Below, piece by piece: positions 1 through 7,885 of a DNA stretch of 26,551 bases; position 1 is the stretch's first letter; each line of letters starts with the position of its first letter. Made by a program: the position numbers and the translations under genes. Origin of the DNA: a virus (taxonomy: Duplodnaviria; Caudoviricetes); the IMG/VR virus record IMGVR_UViG_3300043640_000350, positions 1 through 26,551 of that record, one strand, 5' to 3'. The notes under the pieces were generated by a model. That model was not told where the DNA came from. It searched no databases and saw only the letters and a list, made by a program, of their open reading frames with translations.

Positions 1-1
1 C

Positions 2-898
2 ACCAACAGCAGCTCGTTCCTGGAAAACGCGGCGGCGCTGGACGCGATGAACCGGATGGCGCTGCGCAAGGCGACGGTATTGATGGCCTGGCTGCCAGCG
101 GGCGTGGCCAGCGTGAGCGTGCCGACCGAGATCGAGATGCACACCGCAAACGACAAGCCCGCCATCGTGATCGGGGACGCCGACTCGATGGTGCTGGACG
201 CCAACCCCCTGGTGAGCCGGATTCGCAACCCGGATTGGACGACCATCCTGCAGCGGCTGCAGGGTGAACTGGAGGAGGCACGCGGTTTCCCGGCGGAAGA
301 CACTGGCGCCGTCCTGAAATCGGCGTTGGACAGGGCGCTGGCCAAGCCCCACCGGACCGTGCCATACATCGCGGGCAACGACCGGGCGGACGCACTGAGC
401 TACGCGTTCAGTCAGGGTCTTCGGGGCGCAACCCCGGCTGCAAGCCGGGATCTGCCGTACAAGCTGGCGGGGGACGAACCCGGCACGAATCCCGCTCCCC
501 TGGACCGGACCTTCGCGGACGATGCCGGGCTGGACCTGGTCACCACCACCGACGTTCATATGGACTCGGGCGGCTGGACCAAGATCCCGTGCGGGGTGGC
601 GGTGGGACTGCCTGCCGATGTGTTCGGCTGGGTGGTGGCCCGCAGCTCCACCTTCGAGAAATGGGGCATCATCGTGCTGCCCGGCATCATCGACCCGGGT
701 TACCGGGGCGAGCTGGGCGTGAGCGCACTGATGATCGATTCGAATCCTGGCGGGACGCTGGTTCCGGCCGGAACGCGGCTGGCACAGCTCCTGATCATGC
801 CGAACCTGGCACCGCAGTTCAAGCCCCGGTCGGTGGACGAGTTCATGGTGAGTGCCCATCAGCGCGGCACGAACGGGTGGGGGTCGTCTGGGTCATGA
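2..898 (+). CDS. dut: dUTPase with N-terminal nucleoside 2-deoxyribosyltransferase-like domain (5'-partial)
   Basis: C-terminal trimeric dUTPase motifs: DAGLDL, ARSS, GIIDPGYRGEL, RLAQL, RGTNGWGSSG. The frame is open from base 2, so the true start is probably upstream of the window. Confidence 0.88.
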   Translation, partial: TNSSSFLENAAALDAMNRMALRKATVLMAWLPAGVASVSVPTEIEMHTANDKPAIVIGDADSMVLDANPLVSRIRNPDWTTILQRLQGELEEARGFPAEDTGAVLKSALDRALAKPHRTVPYIAGNDRADALSYAFSQGLRGATPAASRDLPYKLAGDEPGTNPAPLDRTFADDAGLDLVTTTDVHMDSGGWTKIPCGVAVGLPADVFGWVVARSSTFEKWGIIVLPGIIDPGYRGELGVSALMIDSNPGGTLVPAGTRLAQLLIMPNLAPQFKPRSVDEFMVSAHQRGTNGWGSSGS

Positions 899-1254
899 CC
901 GAGCGGCGAAAGGGGCCGCTGAAACTGTGCGGTCGGTGCCACCGGACGAGGCAGCTGCACTACCGGGAACCTCCACTATGCGGAGGGTGCTACCGGACCT
1001 GGCACGGCCAGGGCAAGCCGGACCACATTTTGCCGATGGGCGAGGTGAAGCCGTACGAGTGCGTGATCGAGGGCATCGCGGAGTTGCTGCGGGTGCTGGC
1101 GACCGATCGCGCGGCGTATGGAGGCCCGATGGGCGGATTGGACGCCGAATACGTCGCGGCACGGATCGGGCGGTCGGTGCGGACGGTGTCGCGGTATCAG
1201 GCCAAGATCCGGGACAACCACCCGGCGGTGGAGCGAGCAAAACAGCTGATTTGA
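895..1254 (+). CDS. Zn-finger plus helix-turn-helix DNA-binding protein (119 aa)
   Basis: ATGA overlap with the dut stop. CGRC...CGGC pairs. C-terminal AEYVAARIGRSVRTVSRY is HTH-like. Confidence 0.65.
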   Translation: MTERRKGPLKLCGRCHRTRQLHYREPPLCGGCYRTWHGQGKPDHILPMGEVKPYECVIEGIAELLRVLATDRAAYGGPMGGLDAEYVAARIGRSVRTVSRYQAKIRDNHPAVERAKQLI

Positions 1255-1278
1255 CGGAGCGGCTGAGGCTGGTACAAT
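1251..1278 (+). promoter_or_regulatory. SigA-type promoter for terS, probably a leaderless transcript
   Basis: TTGACG (1251-1256), 16-nt spacer, TGn-TACAAT (-10 at 1273-1278). The ATG at 1286 lies 7 nt after the -10. Confidence 0.65.
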
Positions 1279-1285
1279 CAGCCTC

Positions 1286-1978
1286 ATGGATGGAGACATT
1301 GTGCGTCGGGGGGAGGACGGGAAACCGCTGCCCAGCGACCACCCCAAATGCGGTGCCAAGAAGGGCAGCAAGCGGGCTGGCAGCGAAGGGTTTTGCGGCA
1401 ACCCGGCCGGTTACGGCACCGACCACAAGGGGGTGGGACCCTGCTACCGGCACATGGGTTCCACCCCGGCGGTGGCGGCCAAATACAAAGAGGTCCTGGT
1501 CGAGCGCAACGCCAACAGGCTGCTGATCCGGCTGGACACCCAGCCGGTCGAAAACCCGCTGCTGGAACTGGCGATGCTGGCCGGGCAGGCGGTGGCCTGG
1601 AAGAACGCGATGGCCGAGCGGGTGAACGCCATCATGACCGAGCTGGACGATGGCGACCGGCCGATGGCGGTGCTGGACGCCGATGGGGTCGTGATCTATC
1701 GGCGCGACGAGGGCGACATCCGGTTCACCAACAAAGACGGAACCGAGCAGCTTCGCTCCGAGGTCGTGTTGTGGGAACGGGCGATGGCCAGGTGTGAGTC
1801 CGTTCTTGTCAATATCGCCAAGCTGAACATCGACGACCGGCTGGCAGCGATCGATGAGGCACAGGCCGAGATCATCACCAAGGCGCTGCTGCAGACCCTG
1901 AACGAGCTGGGCGTGGACGAGACCATCAAGCGGGAAGCCCGCAAACAGGTCGGTCGGCACCTGAGGCGAGTGCAGTGA
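1286..1978 (+). CDS. terS: Terminase small subunit (putative)
   Basis: Directly upstream of terL. N-terminal CGAK...C...GPCYRHMGST (HGGxSTG-like Zn motif) followed by a helical body. Confidence 0.65.
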   Translation: MDGDIVRRGEDGKPLPSDHPKCGAKKGSKRAGSEGFCGNPAGYGTDHKGVGPCYRHMGSTPAVAAKYKEVLVERNANRLLIRLDTQPVENPLLELAMLAGQAVAWKNAMAERVNAIMTELDDGDRPMAVLDADGVVIYRRDEGDIRFTNKDGTEQLRSEVVLWERAMARCESVLVNIAKLNIDDRLAAIDEAQAEIITKALLQTLNELGVDETIKREARKQVGRHLRRVQ

Positions 1979-1979
1979 A

Positions 1980-3383
1980 TTGGCCAGATTCTACGAACTG
2001 ACCAAACAGCGGACGATATCGTCGCTGGAGCGGGCAGCCGCCACCCTGGAGCGGTTGTCCAATAGCGAGGGCGTGAACCGCAACTGGCGGACGCTGGCAC
2101 GCGCGAAGCAACTGCCCCCGCCGGAGGAAGAACCCTGGCTCATCTGGATGCTGATGGCTGGGCGCGGGTTCGGCAAGACCTGGACCGGCGCGAACTGGAT
2201 CCTGGAACAGGCGCTCAAGCACCCAGACAGCGAATGGGCGATCATCGCCCCGACCTTCCGTGACGTGAGGAAGACCTGCATTGAAGAGTCGAGCGGGGTC
2301 CTGCACCACCTGCAGCCCGGGGAGCTTGTCAACTATCGTCGTAACGAGCTTCAGATCCAGCTGTCCAATGGTGCCACGATTTACGGCTACTCCGCCGACC
2401 AGCCGGAGCGAATTCGTGGCGCCAACCTTTGGGGTGCCTGGTGCGAGGAGCTTGGCTCGTGGCGATACGAGGAAACGTGGCACGAGGGGCTGATCCCGGC
2501 CCTGAGGAAGGGCGAGAAGCCCAGGGTCGTGGTGACCACGACGCCCCGTCCGACCAAGCTGATCAAGTTCCTGATGAAGCTGGACGATGGTTCAGTGTTC
2601 TATACCCGTGGGTCAACATGGGAAAACAAAGCAAACCTGAGTGAAGCCGCCCTCAAAGGTTTGGAAGCCCGGTACGGCGGGACCAGGCTGGGCAGGCAGG
2701 AACTGGAAGGTGAGCTACTTGAAGACATCGAAGGCGCGCTTTGGAAACGGTCCCAGATCGACGAGGATCGGCTGCGCCACCTCGACGACGTTCCGGACCT
2801 GGTGCGAGTGGTGGTGGGATTCGACCCGGCCGCCAGCACCAACGGCGATGAATATGGCATTGTCATATGCGGCATGGACGCACAGGGTCACGGATATGTG
2901 CTCGGGGATTTCAGTCTCCAGGGCAGCCCCAACACCGCGATCCGACGGGCCATCCAGGGACTGAACGCATTCAACGGTGACGTGATCGTCGGTGAGGCGA
3001 ACAACGGCGGCGACTGGATCGAGACGGGCATCCGGGCGATCAGTTCGGACGTGCCGTTTCGGTCGGTCCGGGCGACGCGCGGCAAACTGATCCGGGCCGA
3101 GCCCGTGTCGGCGCTGTATGAACAGCACCGGATTCATCACGTCGGCACGTTCGCCACGCTGGAAGACCAGATGTGCGACTGGACCCCGATCGACCTGGAC
3201 TCACCCGACCGGATGGATGCGCTTGTCTGGGCATTCACAGAAATGTTCCGCTTGGGCGGTGACACCTGGGCCGGGATGTACAAACACCTGACCTGCACCA
3301 AATGCGAGCGGTTGTTCGCCGTGGTCGAGGGGCGCGACTATTGCCCGCATTGCCGGAACACGATCCAAGGAGCCGTCGCATGA
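1980..3383 (+). CDS. terL: Terminase large subunit
   Basis: Walker A AGRGFGKT, Walker B-like AWCEE, coupling motif TTTP, RNase H-fold nuclease VVGFDPA...SPDRMDAL. Extra C-terminal CxxC..CxxC. Confidence 0.95.
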   Translation: MARFYELTKQRTISSLERAAATLERLSNSEGVNRNWRTLARAKQLPPPEEEPWLIWMLMAGRGFGKTWTGANWILEQALKHPDSEWAIIAPTFRDVRKTCIEESSGVLHHLQPGELVNYRRNELQIQLSNGATIYGYSADQPERIRGANLWGAWCEELGSWRYEETWHEGLIPALRKGEKPRVVVTTTPRPTKLIKFLMKLDDGSVFYTRGSTWENKANLSEAALKGLEARYGGTRLGRQELEGELLEDIEGALWKRSQIDEDRLRHLDDVPDLVRVVVGFDPAASTNGDEYGIVICGMDAQGHGYVLGDFSLQGSPNTAIRRAIQGLNAFNGDVIVGEANNGGDWIETGIRAISSDVPFRSVRATRGKLIRAEPVSALYEQHRIHHVGTFATLEDQMCDWTPIDLDSPDRMDALVWAFTEMFRLGGDTWAGMYKHLTCTKCERLFAVVEGRDYCPHCRNTIQGAVA

Positions 3384-3559
3384 ACGTGATCGAATTCATC
3401 TTGCTGTTGCTGGGGGCGATCTGCTTCATCGCCGCCGCGTTCGGCTACGGCACGGCTGGCGGGGCGAACCCGCCAGCCAGGCCGCTTTGGCTGGAGCCGC
3501 TGGGTTTGTTCTTCTGGATCCTGGTTCCGCTAATCCATGCCGCGCAGGGACTTGGGTAG
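3380..3559 (+). CDS. Small two-TM membrane protein (59 aa)
   Basis: ATGA overlap with terL, AAGGAG RBS, two hydrophobic segments. Confidence 0.7.
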   Translation: MNVIEFILLLLGAICFIAAAFGYGTAGGANPPARPLWLEPLGLFFWILVPLIHAAQGLG

Positions 3560-3736
3560 CGAGCCCATCCACGAATCGACCGTGAGGTCGACCGGATCCA
3601 GCCAGACCTCGCGGTCGTCCAGAGCGTCCTCGCACCTCACGGAGCAGACTTCTTTGCCCCGATAAACAACAGTCGGACCGACGGTCCGGCAGACATCACA
3701 TCGCATACAGACAATCCTATCGACAGGCGGCAAGCA

Positions 3737-4138
3737 ATGACAGACCCGACACCCAGCACCGGCAGGCCGCCACGCAGGGGCGAACGGGCGATGCCCGGAG
3801 TCGCGGTGGGCCTTGAAGACGGCAAACCGTTGCCGTTCGCCGGGCCAACGGGACCGGAAAAGACGGACGTGCTCACCAAGGAAGAGCAGGCGGTGGCCCG
3901 CCAGCAGTGGCGGTCCGGCAAATGCACTTGGTGCGGTGGCCTGCACCTCCGGGCCTGCCCCAGAGTGCGGAAATTCGAGTTCGGCAACGACGGCAAGACG
4001 GTCACCTCGGTCGAGTTCTGGCAGGCCAATCAGTGGCGGGACACGGACGTGCTTTGGCCCGAGGACATGGGCTGGGAGGACGACGAGGGCAGCCCGTTCG
4101 ATCCTCCGGCATCCGTTGACACTGAGACAAAGACGTGA
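3737..4138 (+). CDS. Hypothetical protein with CxxC-x3-H-x3-C Zn-binding motif
   Basis: CTWCGGLHLRACP motif, acidic tail, plausible codon usage. Confidence 0.6.
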   Translation: MTDPTPSTGRPPRRGERAMPGVAVGLEDGKPLPFAGPTGPEKTDVLTKEEQAVARQQWRSGKCTWCGGLHLRACPRVRKFEFGNDGKTVTSVEFWQANQWRDTDVLWPEDMGWEDDEGSPFDPPASVDTETKT

Positions 4139-4151
4139 TTCGATCGGTGGT

Positions 4152-4259
4152 ATGAGTGAATCTGAGCTGGACCGCCGGGCCGCTGTCGACAACACCACCG
4201 TGATCACCGATACCCTGTCCGCCCGTGAATACATGACCGACGTGCTGGCTCGCCAGTAA
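4152..4259 (+). CDS. Possible 35-aa hypothetical protein
   Basis: ATG after a weak GGTGG RBS; stop falls just before the 4266 hairpin. Confidence 0.35.
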   Translation: MSESELDRRAAVDNTTVITDTLSAREYMTDVLARQ

Positions 4260-4265
4260 CAAGCT

Positions 4266-4324
4266 GCGACCCCCGGTTCCGCGTGGGACACCGCCCGAAA
4301 GACCCAAGGCGGACCGGGGGTCGC
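4266..4324. terminator. Hairpin between convergent operons (putative bidirectional terminator)
   Basis: GCGACCCCCGGT (4266-4277) / ACCGGGGGTCGC (4313-4324) is a perfect 12-bp inverted repeat with further inner pairing. No long U tract. Confidence 0.6.
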
Positions 4325-4325
4325 T

Positions 4326-4673
4326 CTATTCGTCGCGCAAGGTGGCGCCGAGCCGCTCGATCGAGTAGACCGAGCCGTCCTTGAGCTGGATGATGGTCTG
4401 ATCTTTCATGTCATTCTTGGCCAGTACTTCATATTCAGCACGGTCCAGGGCCACCACCAGCTTGCCCCACCAGTCGGTGATCTTTTCTGTCATTTTTCGT
4501 TTCTCCCCATCTCTGAACAAGCTCGGCCTTCCGTTCACCCAGGGGGCGAGAATGTGGTGCCCGATCAAGACGCCGAATATCGCAGCCGACCAGCCGTCCC
4601 CCCAAAACGACTGATACACGGCCGAGGCCACCAGGAACGCAAAGAACACCGCCCGAACCACGTCACGTTTCAC
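4326..4673 (-). CDS. Hypothetical membrane protein
   Basis: GTGA overlap with the upstream gene; two N-terminal hydrophobic segments. Confidence 0.65.
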   Translation of the reverse strand: MKRDVVRAVFFAFLVASAVYQSFWGDGWSAAIFGVLIGHHILAPWVNGRPSLFRDGEKRKMTEKITDWWGKLVVALDRAEYEVLAKNDMKDQTIIQLKDGSVYSIERLGATLRDE

Positions 4674-4882
4674 CAGGTCATTTCCCAGTGGCAGACCGGG
4701 CAGTGCGAACCGTATTCGGGTTCAGGGCTGTCCCACGGGCCATGGACCGCGACCAGCCCGGCTTGCAAGATGGCGCCGTCCCACTGGCAGCGCATGAACC
4801 GCGTGCCGCTCACGACGAAGTCTACCGAGGTGACCTGGCCCAGGCCCAGCCCGTGGTCATCCGGCGACGGATAGATGTTCAC
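4670..4882 (-). CDS. Hypothetical Zn-ribbon-like protein (70 aa)
   Basis: GTG at 4882 with GGAGGAGG RBS; CQWD...HCPVC. Confidence 0.6.
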   Translation of the reverse strand: MNIYPSPDDHGLGLGQVTSVDFVVSGTRFMRCQWDGAILQAGLVAVHGPWDSPEPEYGSHCPVCHWEMTW

Positions 4883-4956
4883 CGGCCCTCCTCCGGGCGA
4901 TACCCTGTGATGGCGTCCGAAAGCCGACGGAGGGCCTCCAGGAACCCGCCCCCCAT
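4879..4956 (-). CDS. 25-aa microprotein MGGGFLEALRRLSDAITGYRPEEGR
   Basis: Not in the ORF track. Start overlaps the upstream stop (TGATG) and its stop overlaps the next start (GTGA), filling the gap exactly. Confidence 0.55.
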   Translation of the reverse strand: MGGGFLEALRRLSDAITGYRPEEGR

Positions 4957-5315
4957 CACGCGTCCCCCGGGGGCGTGCGGAACAGCCGGAGGGCTTCCCC
5001 GACTGCGTCCACGGCATCGACGCACAGCGACACCTCAGCGCTGTCGCCGTCGCTGGTCGGCAGGTTCTCGATCACCGCATCGGCCAAGGTCCGGTACTCG
5101 CACCGGTTTCGGTCTTGCGATCCGCCGACGCAGTTGCAGGTGTAGGAACGGCAGGACCTGTCCTGCACGCCCTCACACAGGACGGTCCGGGCCGGTTCGT
5201 ACACCTGTCCACAGCCGTTGTCGTTAAACCAGGTGTGAGTGTGGGCACGGTGCGGCCTCGTGTCGCCGCACTGTTTGCGCTCCAGGCCGCCGGGCTCGTA
5301 CTCGGGCTGTGGCAT
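4956..5315 (-). CDS. Cys/His-rich hypothetical protein
   Basis: TGATG coupling, GGAGG RBS, C..PHRAH..C motifs. Confidence 0.65.
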   Translation of the reverse strand: MPQPEYEPGGLERKQCGDTRPHRAHTHTWFNDNGCGQVYEPARTVLCEGVQDRSCRSYTCNCVGGSQDRNRCEYRTLADAVIENLPTSDGDSAEVSLCVDAVDAVGEALRLFRTPPGDA

Positions 5316-5425
5316 CAGTCCTCCATCCAGTCGTCGGCATCCGGGTCAGGAACCTCGTTGTAACCAAGCAGCTCATCCAGCCAGCCGGTCAGCCAGCCGC
5401 CCAAACGATTCAGTTCACGCAGCAT
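5315..5425 (-). CDS. 36-aa microprotein (amphipathic helix plus acidic tail)
   Basis: ATG at 5425 after GGAG, overlapping the upstream gene end; stop coupled to the next ATG. Confidence 0.55.
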   Translation of the reverse strand: MLRELNRLGGWLTGWLDELLGYNEVPDPDADDWMED

Positions 5426-5576
5426 CCAACGCTCCGATGTGCGCGGTGATGCCGACCAAGACCAGATGGCCAGTCGCCTCGTTGTGCTCGGTGGCCCGGA
5501 TGTCGGCCAGCGGTTCAGCGTCGTTCCAATCGCAATTCTGGTGAGTGCAGGTCGCCACGGCGTATTCAACGGTCAC
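5415..5576 (-). CDS. 53-aa C2H2-type Zn-finger-like protein
   Basis: GTG at 5576 with GAGAGGGGAG RBS; CTHQNC...H-x5-H. Confidence 0.6.
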   Translation of the reverse strand: MTVEYAVATCTHQNCDWNDAEPLADIRATEHNEATGHLVLVGITAHIGALDAA

Positions 5577-5602
5577 GGGATCTCCCCTCTCGTTATCCCC
5601 CA

Positions 5603-5631
5603 CAACAACACGCCGTGTGCCGTGGTGTCAA
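5603..5631 (-). promoter_or_regulatory. Conserved island promoter motif, copy 1 (leftward)
   Basis: TTGACA-CCAC-GGCAC-ACGGCGTG-TTGTTG on the minus strand, upstream of the 5576 gene. Confidence 0.55.
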
Positions 5632-5640
5632 TCCCGGGGG

Positions 5641-5669
5641 TTGACGTGCGGTCACCACCCTGATACCAT
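5641..5669 (+). promoter_or_regulatory. Conserved island promoter motif, copy 2 (rightward, back-to-back with copy 1)
   Basis: TTGACG-TGCG-GTCAC-CACCCTGA-TACCAT; 17-nt spacer and extended -10. Confidence 0.7.
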
Positions 5670-5696
5670 CGGCCCCAATCGACGAGAGGGGACGCA

Positions 5697-6068
5697 GTGG
5701 ACGACTTGCTGACCGAGATCGACCGGCGAATATTGGCGCCTGGCCAGGAATACGCCTGCTTGTGCGATTGGGTCGACAGCGCCGACCTCGACGAACCATA
5801 CCGAGTGCCGAGCTCAGACTGCTGGCACATGAATGGCAACTGGTCCTGGCCAGCGGCCCGCCGGACGCTGATCCCGCTGATGGGCGGTAGGCACAAACAG
5901 CCCCTTATCAAACTGAAGCCGCTGGTCGATGGGGCCGATTTCTGGCACTGGCGGCCAGCCGACCGAGGCCAATCGCCAAAGGCCAGGCACGTGCTGGAGG
6001 TGTTCCGCTTGGTCGAAATGAAGGATGAGCAGTGGGCGTACGAGACCACCGACGAATACCCGTTCTGA
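5697..6068 (+). CDS. Hypothetical protein (123 aa)
   Basis: GAGAGGGG RBS, own promoter at 5641, Trp-rich globular-looking sequence. Confidence 0.7.
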   Translation: MDDLLTEIDRRILAPGQEYACLCDWVDSADLDEPYRVPSSDCWHMNGNWSWPAARRTLIPLMGGRHKQPLIKLKPLVDGADFWHWRPADRGQSPKARHVLEVFRLVEMKDEQWAYETTDEYPF

Positions 6069-6075
6069 CCTCCAG

Positions 6076-6105
6076 TTGACATACCGGCACCGGGCATGAT
6101 CGGAT
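6076..6105 (+). promoter_or_regulatory. Conserved island promoter motif, copy 3, facing a non-coding structured region
   Basis: TTGACA-TACC-GGCAC-CGGGCATGA-TCGGAT-GG. Confidence 0.55.
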
Positions 6106-6111
6106 GGTCCA

Positions 6112-6487
6112 GCATCGCCGCCCAGGGGGGCGGGATTGCCCGTTCAGCCTCGCTGGACGATTTGCCGGTTCCGGCTTGTAGGCTGGTGCTATGGCGGGCA
6201 GTCTCGCCCCCCGCCCCCCGCCCCCCAAAGACCCAGCGGTCCCGTAGCAGCTTTCGTTCCAACCTCGCGGGGGGAGCGTCCGGACGTGCGGGACCGCTGG
6301 CAAGACCGGTGACCCGGGGGGTCAGTTCACGGGATTCTTGCAACCCGGGTCACTAACAGACTCCCTGCGCGGGGAGAGAGCGGTAAACGGTGAGGCACGG
6401 GACGCCGTGTCAATATCCAATCCGCCCAAGCGCGCACGAATCGGCCCCCAAGCTCGTACCGGAGCAGTGGGGGCCGATTCGTTTTTT
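6112..6487 (+). ncRNA. Candidate ~375-nt structured non-coding RNA of unknown family (5' end approximate)
   Basis: Lies between a promoter motif and an intrinsic terminator. Stems 6125-6142/6195-6212, 6233-6246/6287-6300 and 6308-6318/6344-6354; their non-Watson-Crick pairs are all G-U on the + strand. No ORF with an RBS. Confidence 0.5.
6436..6487 (+). terminator. Rho-independent terminator
   Basis: ACGAATCGGCCCCCA (6436-6450) / TGGGGGCCGATTCGT (6468-6482) is a 15-bp stem running into T6. It may also stop the convergent 6490 gene. Confidence 0.85.
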
Positions 6488-6489
6488 AT

Positions 6490-7395
6490 TCAGAACTTCC
6501 CGGCGCAGATCGGGCCGATTCCGGCTTCGATCGACTTCTCGTCGGTCAGCAGGGCGCCGCAGCAGCAGCAGGTGCCGTAAAGGGCGCCCCATGTCTTGGC
6601 CTCTTCGAGGGTCATCTTGTCGGCCGGGGTGAGGATGCTAACGACACCACTGGCGTACTCGAATTCGTGGGTACGGATGCCGCGCGCCATCTGCCGAGGC
6701 TCGTCCAGCTTTACCAAGCGCTTGGCGTACAGGTGGCCCGAGCCGTGCACAGCCTTCTGGACCTTGTAAATCTGGTCGTTCTTGCGATACATGCCGTCGG
6801 TGATGGCCGTTGCCTCGGTCGGACGCTTGGTGTCGGGCATTGCCGCGACCATGGCCAGCTCCTCGTCAACGTCAATGGCGAGCAGCTCCAGGGCGGCCAG
6901 GGGGCGCAGGCCCTTGGCGGAGCGCCTGGCGTTCACCATGCGCAGCTGGGCTTCACTGGCGGGCCGAGGGCCGACCAGGCGACGAGCCATCAGGAGCTTA
7001 TCTTCGTTGGCCGCCAGCATGGGCTGGTCGTTCAGCCAGTCGATCAGCTCGCTGGCCTCGGCTTTGCTGATGTTGTCGTTGCGGTACTTGGCGACCAGCT
7101 TGTCGAAGTAGCGAGCCGACTGCAGGGTCAGGGCGGCCAGGTCGCGCTCGGCCATCAGCCGCCCGATGAACCCGTACTGGGGACCGGTGGCGCTGGGAAC
7201 GTCCATCGTGCGGCTGCTGGTACCGTCGCTCAACCGCCCGGCGAAGCCGGGCAGCTCGCCAACGTCGCGGGACGGGCGGGAATCGGCGATGGTGGCGCGG
7301 TACGCGACCAGCTTGGCCTTGGCGGCGGGGTCGTCGGCGTTCGCCAGGATGGCGTCATCCACCAGGGAAAGCCGGTACTGCGTGCTCGTGTCCAT
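6490..7395 (-). CDS. DUF6011-like Zn-finger domain protein (301 aa)
   Basis: C-terminal CCCCGALLTDEKSIEAGIGPIC matches the DUF6011 pattern as I recall it. ATG at 7395 lies 6 nt after the promoter -10 (leaderless). Confidence 0.75.
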   Translation of the reverse strand: MDTSTQYRLSLVDDAILANADDPAAKAKLVAYRATIADSRPSRDVGELPGFAGRLSDGTSSRTMDVPSATGPQYGFIGRLMAERDLAALTLQSARYFDKLVAKYRNDNISKAEASELIDWLNDQPMLAANEDKLLMARRLVGPRPASEAQLRMVNARRSAKGLRPLAALELLAIDVDEELAMVAAMPDTKRPTEATAITDGMYRKNDQIYKVQKAVHGSGHLYAKRLVKLDEPRQMARGIRTHEFEYASGVVSILTPADKMTLEEAKTWGALYGTCCCCGALLTDEKSIEAGIGPICAGKF

Positions 7396-7401
7396 AAACC
7401 C

Positions 7402-7430
7402 ATCCAATCACGCGTGTGACCCCGAGACAA
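7402..7430 (-). promoter_or_regulatory. Conserved island promoter motif, copy 4
   Basis: TTGTCT-CGGG-GTCAC-ACGCGTGA-TTGGAT-GGGTTT-ATG; overlaps inverted repeat GTGACCCCG/CGGGGTCAC (7416-7446). Confidence 0.65.
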
Positions 7431-7458
7431 TGGGTCCCGGGGTCACGATTTCGTGCGG

Positions 7459-7623
7459 TCAGTCGCGGGGGGTGGTGGTCTCCCGGATCTCGTCCACGAT
7501 CACGCCGTACCCGGAGAACGCCGACGTGATCGCGGTCTCCAGACCCTCGGTCGTCATTGGGTCGCCGAACAGCTCGGTACACTTGGCGTCGTCGGTGCTC
7601 ATCCGTACTACGAAATCGGCCAT
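7459..7623 (-). CDS. Hypothetical protein (54 aa)
   Basis: ATG at 7623 with GAAGGGA RBS, downstream of promoter copy 5. Confidence 0.65.
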   Translation of the reverse strand: MADFVVRMSTDDAKCTELFGDPMTTEGLETAITSAFSGYGVIVDEIRETTTPRD

Positions 7624-7669
7624 TTCCCGGTTCCCTTCGTCCGTCCCCCTGGCGGGGGGCCAAAACACC

Positions 7670-7698
7670 AGCCAAGCATATCTGTGACCAGAGGACAA
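7670..7698 (-). promoter_or_regulatory. Conserved island promoter motif, copy 5
   Basis: TTGTCC-TCTG-GTCAC-AGATATGC-TTGGCT-GG. Confidence 0.55.
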
Positions 7699-7708
7699 CC
7701 CCCCAATG

Positions 7709-7885
7709 TCACAGGACGTGGGGCGTGACCCGGAAGAACAAGCGGGGGCTGGCGGTGCGCAACTCGTGGCGCCAGCGCTGGGCGGTCGGCTCCCAGTCGG
7801 ACCAAGCCCAGCCTGTGGCGTCGGGGCGCCGGGCGACGCGCCAATCCGCGCCGTCCCGGCTGACCTCGACCATCCACACGTTCAC
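7709..7885 (-). CDS. Hypothetical protein (58 aa)
   Basis: GTGA overlap with the upstream gene stop. Confidence 0.55.
   Translation of the reverse strand: MNVWMVEVSRDGADWRVARRPDATGWAWSDWEPTAQRWRHELRTASPRLFFRVTPHVL

Noticed and set aside
3380-3559. Holin assignment for the two-TM protein
   Set aside because: No endolysin nearby and no family-specific motif; left as a membrane protein.
6207-6226. (C6G)2C6 tract as a G-quadruplex or phase-variable repeat
   Set aside because: Only three long runs and not in a credible CDS; complementary G6 tracts nearby explain it by RNA pairing.
6096-6356. 86-aa ORF (and antisense ORF 5573-6343) across the structured region
   Set aside because: Start lies inside the promoter motif, no RBS, and low-complexity R/P/G/S translation. 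Not fully excluded.
6385-6413. TTGACA on the minus strand at 6413-6408 as an eighth promoter copy
   Set aside because: Lacks the G[GT]CAC box and a matching -10; better explained as part of a hairpin.
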